Positions 62,638 through 64,000 of a stretch of 64,000 nucleotides of DNA are shown one piece after another. Position 1 is the first letter of the stretch. The number at the start of each line of letters is the position of its first letter. The notes below the pieces were generated by a model. The model worked only from the letters and a program-made list of their open reading frames with translations, searched no databases and had not been told where the DNA came from. The stretch is from assembly GCA_026026165.1 (NCBI GenBank), contig JAPEUD010000045.1, forward strand, positions 1-64,000, given 5' to 3'. The stretch is from Sarea resinae. Lineage: Eukaryota. The position numbers were made by a program, and so were the translations under genes.

Positions 62638-63648
62638 GCATTGACCCCCGTCGACTCACTGGCGGCACCGAAGTGCTGCGGGCTGTCGTGTCAACTGTCG
62701 TCCAAAGCACAGATAAGCGTTGGTGTGCAGGGTAGGGACCGGCGCAGGGACCAGGGCAGGAAGTCGGCTACAAGCTACAGCTCTATTGCCTGTCGCCCTG
62801 TACTATGATAAGACGCCAAATATAAGCTTACTTTGGCTAGCATGTAGCGGGCGCGGATCAATGAGACGAGACAGGCATCGCTGTTGGCTCGTGCACGTTG
62901 TCAACACACGTGGCGAGTATGGGGAATCGCTACTAACCCCCACGGGGCAATGCGCATTAGCACGGCAGGGATGGTAGGGGATACAAGTTCAACCATCACC
63001 AACATCTCACTCGCCGTCAACCCCAAGCCACTCGAGTCGACATCCTTCTCAAAACAGCTGAGCTCTATGTCATCTCACACGCCTCCCACAGGGGAACAAC
63101 GTCTCGTTGCGTATGAAGCTTCTGGTGGCGTTAGGATCCGCGTAAGGTTTGAAAAGCGCTTCTCCCCCGTGTCGTGCATCCTGCATCCTGCATCCTGTAT
63201 CCCGTATCCAGTAGCCAGTACCCAGTGTCCTGTGTCCCGCTGGAGCGAAACGCGCGTTCGCGCCTTATCGAGATCGAATGTTCGTCGTACACCGTATACT
63301 CATTCTTGCGATTGAGGAGATATCGGCCATGCGGAGACTGAAGCTTTGGGGTGTCGATAATGCGGACGGCCTGCAGATGTCGTATGCAACCTCCTACCAC
63401 GACACTGGATGGCGGGAAATGGCCTGACCCAAGCGCATAGGGTCACTGTAGCATAGAGCAGTGCAAATGCCACTCGGCCACGGTCAGATATCATGGAGTT
63501 GTCCTAGCTGCCGTACTTTCCCCCTTTGCTCAGTTGACTTGACAAGTTAAGCACAATCCAAGAGTAGTCGTACACGCCAGTCAGTCAGTCGCTTCGACGA
63601 TCTCTTTTCCTTTTTTCTTCCATACTTATGCCTGATTGAACGGTGAAG

Positions 63649-64000
63649 ATGGCACATAACGCAATTGACGAAAAACCTCTCCGCGTTGCTGTCATCGGAG
63701 GAGGTCTGGCAGGGCTTATCCTGGGTCAAGCCCTAAGGACGAACCCTCGAATAAAGGTGACGGTCTACGAGAGGAACAAAGAGCCCGTTGACCGCCTGGA
63801 CGGATTCAGGATCATTGTTCCCGACGAGGTCATGGCCGCGATCAAGTCTGCCATCCCCGAGGACGTGGCCGAACACCTCAATCCCAGCATTGGGGCTCAG
63901 CATGCCGGCGGACAGCAGATGTACTTCATCACCGAGCTCGGCGATATCATCTTCTCGCATTGTCCCAAGCACGTATTGAAATCGGCGTCTGTCTCCCGTT
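63649..64000 (+). CDS. FAD-dependent monooxygenase (partial, runs off the window)
   Basis: MAHNAIDEKPLRVAVIGGGLAGLILGQALRTNPRIKVTVYER: GxGxxG Rossmann start, frame open to the window end. Confidence 0.8.
   Translation, partial: MAHNAIDEKPLRVAVIGGGLAGLILGQALRTNPRIKVTVYERNKEPVDRLDGFRIIVPDEVMAAIKSAIPEDVAEHLNPSIGAQHAGGQQMYFITELGDIIFSHCPKHVLKSASVSR

Noticed and set aside
1..64000. Transposons or Starship-type mobile elements
   Set aside because: No transposase, reverse transcriptase, tyrosine recombinase, LTR or TIR pair recognised in the window

Overview
Filamentous ascomycete (Pezizomycotina-type) genomic DNA with short spliceosomal introns; species not identifiable. The left half (1-31.7 kb) is mostly housekeeping: BCS1, an S6K-like AGC kinase, a MAD1-like CFEM adhesin, a hydantoinase/DUF917 fusion, a class III aminotransferase, a TBC Rab-GAP, an E2 enzyme, a BTB protein and a conserved hypothetical protein. 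The right half (34.8-64 kb) is a continuous specialised-metabolism region. It opens with a four-gene lipid-oxidation module: an intronless bacterial-like membrane protein, a soluble CYP505-clan (CYP540/541-like) P450, a divergent cytochrome b5/b5-reductase fusion, and a 3-hydroxyacyl-CoA dehydrogenase fused to a YWTD propeller. Each has upstream CCGAGG/CCTCGG sites. This abuts a highly reducing PKS cluster (KS-AT-DH-cMT-ER-KR-ACP PKS, GT1 glycosyltransferase, FSH1 hydrolase, MFS exporter, FAD monooxygenase running off the window). Best candidate for a new system: a glycosylated polyketide/glycolipid pathway, possibly coupled to P450-based fatty-acid beta-hydroxylation. Also seen: two GC-AG introns, a possible splice switch adding a CaaX tail, phased promoter repeats and two RIP-like islands. 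All family assignments come from motif recognition, not database searches.
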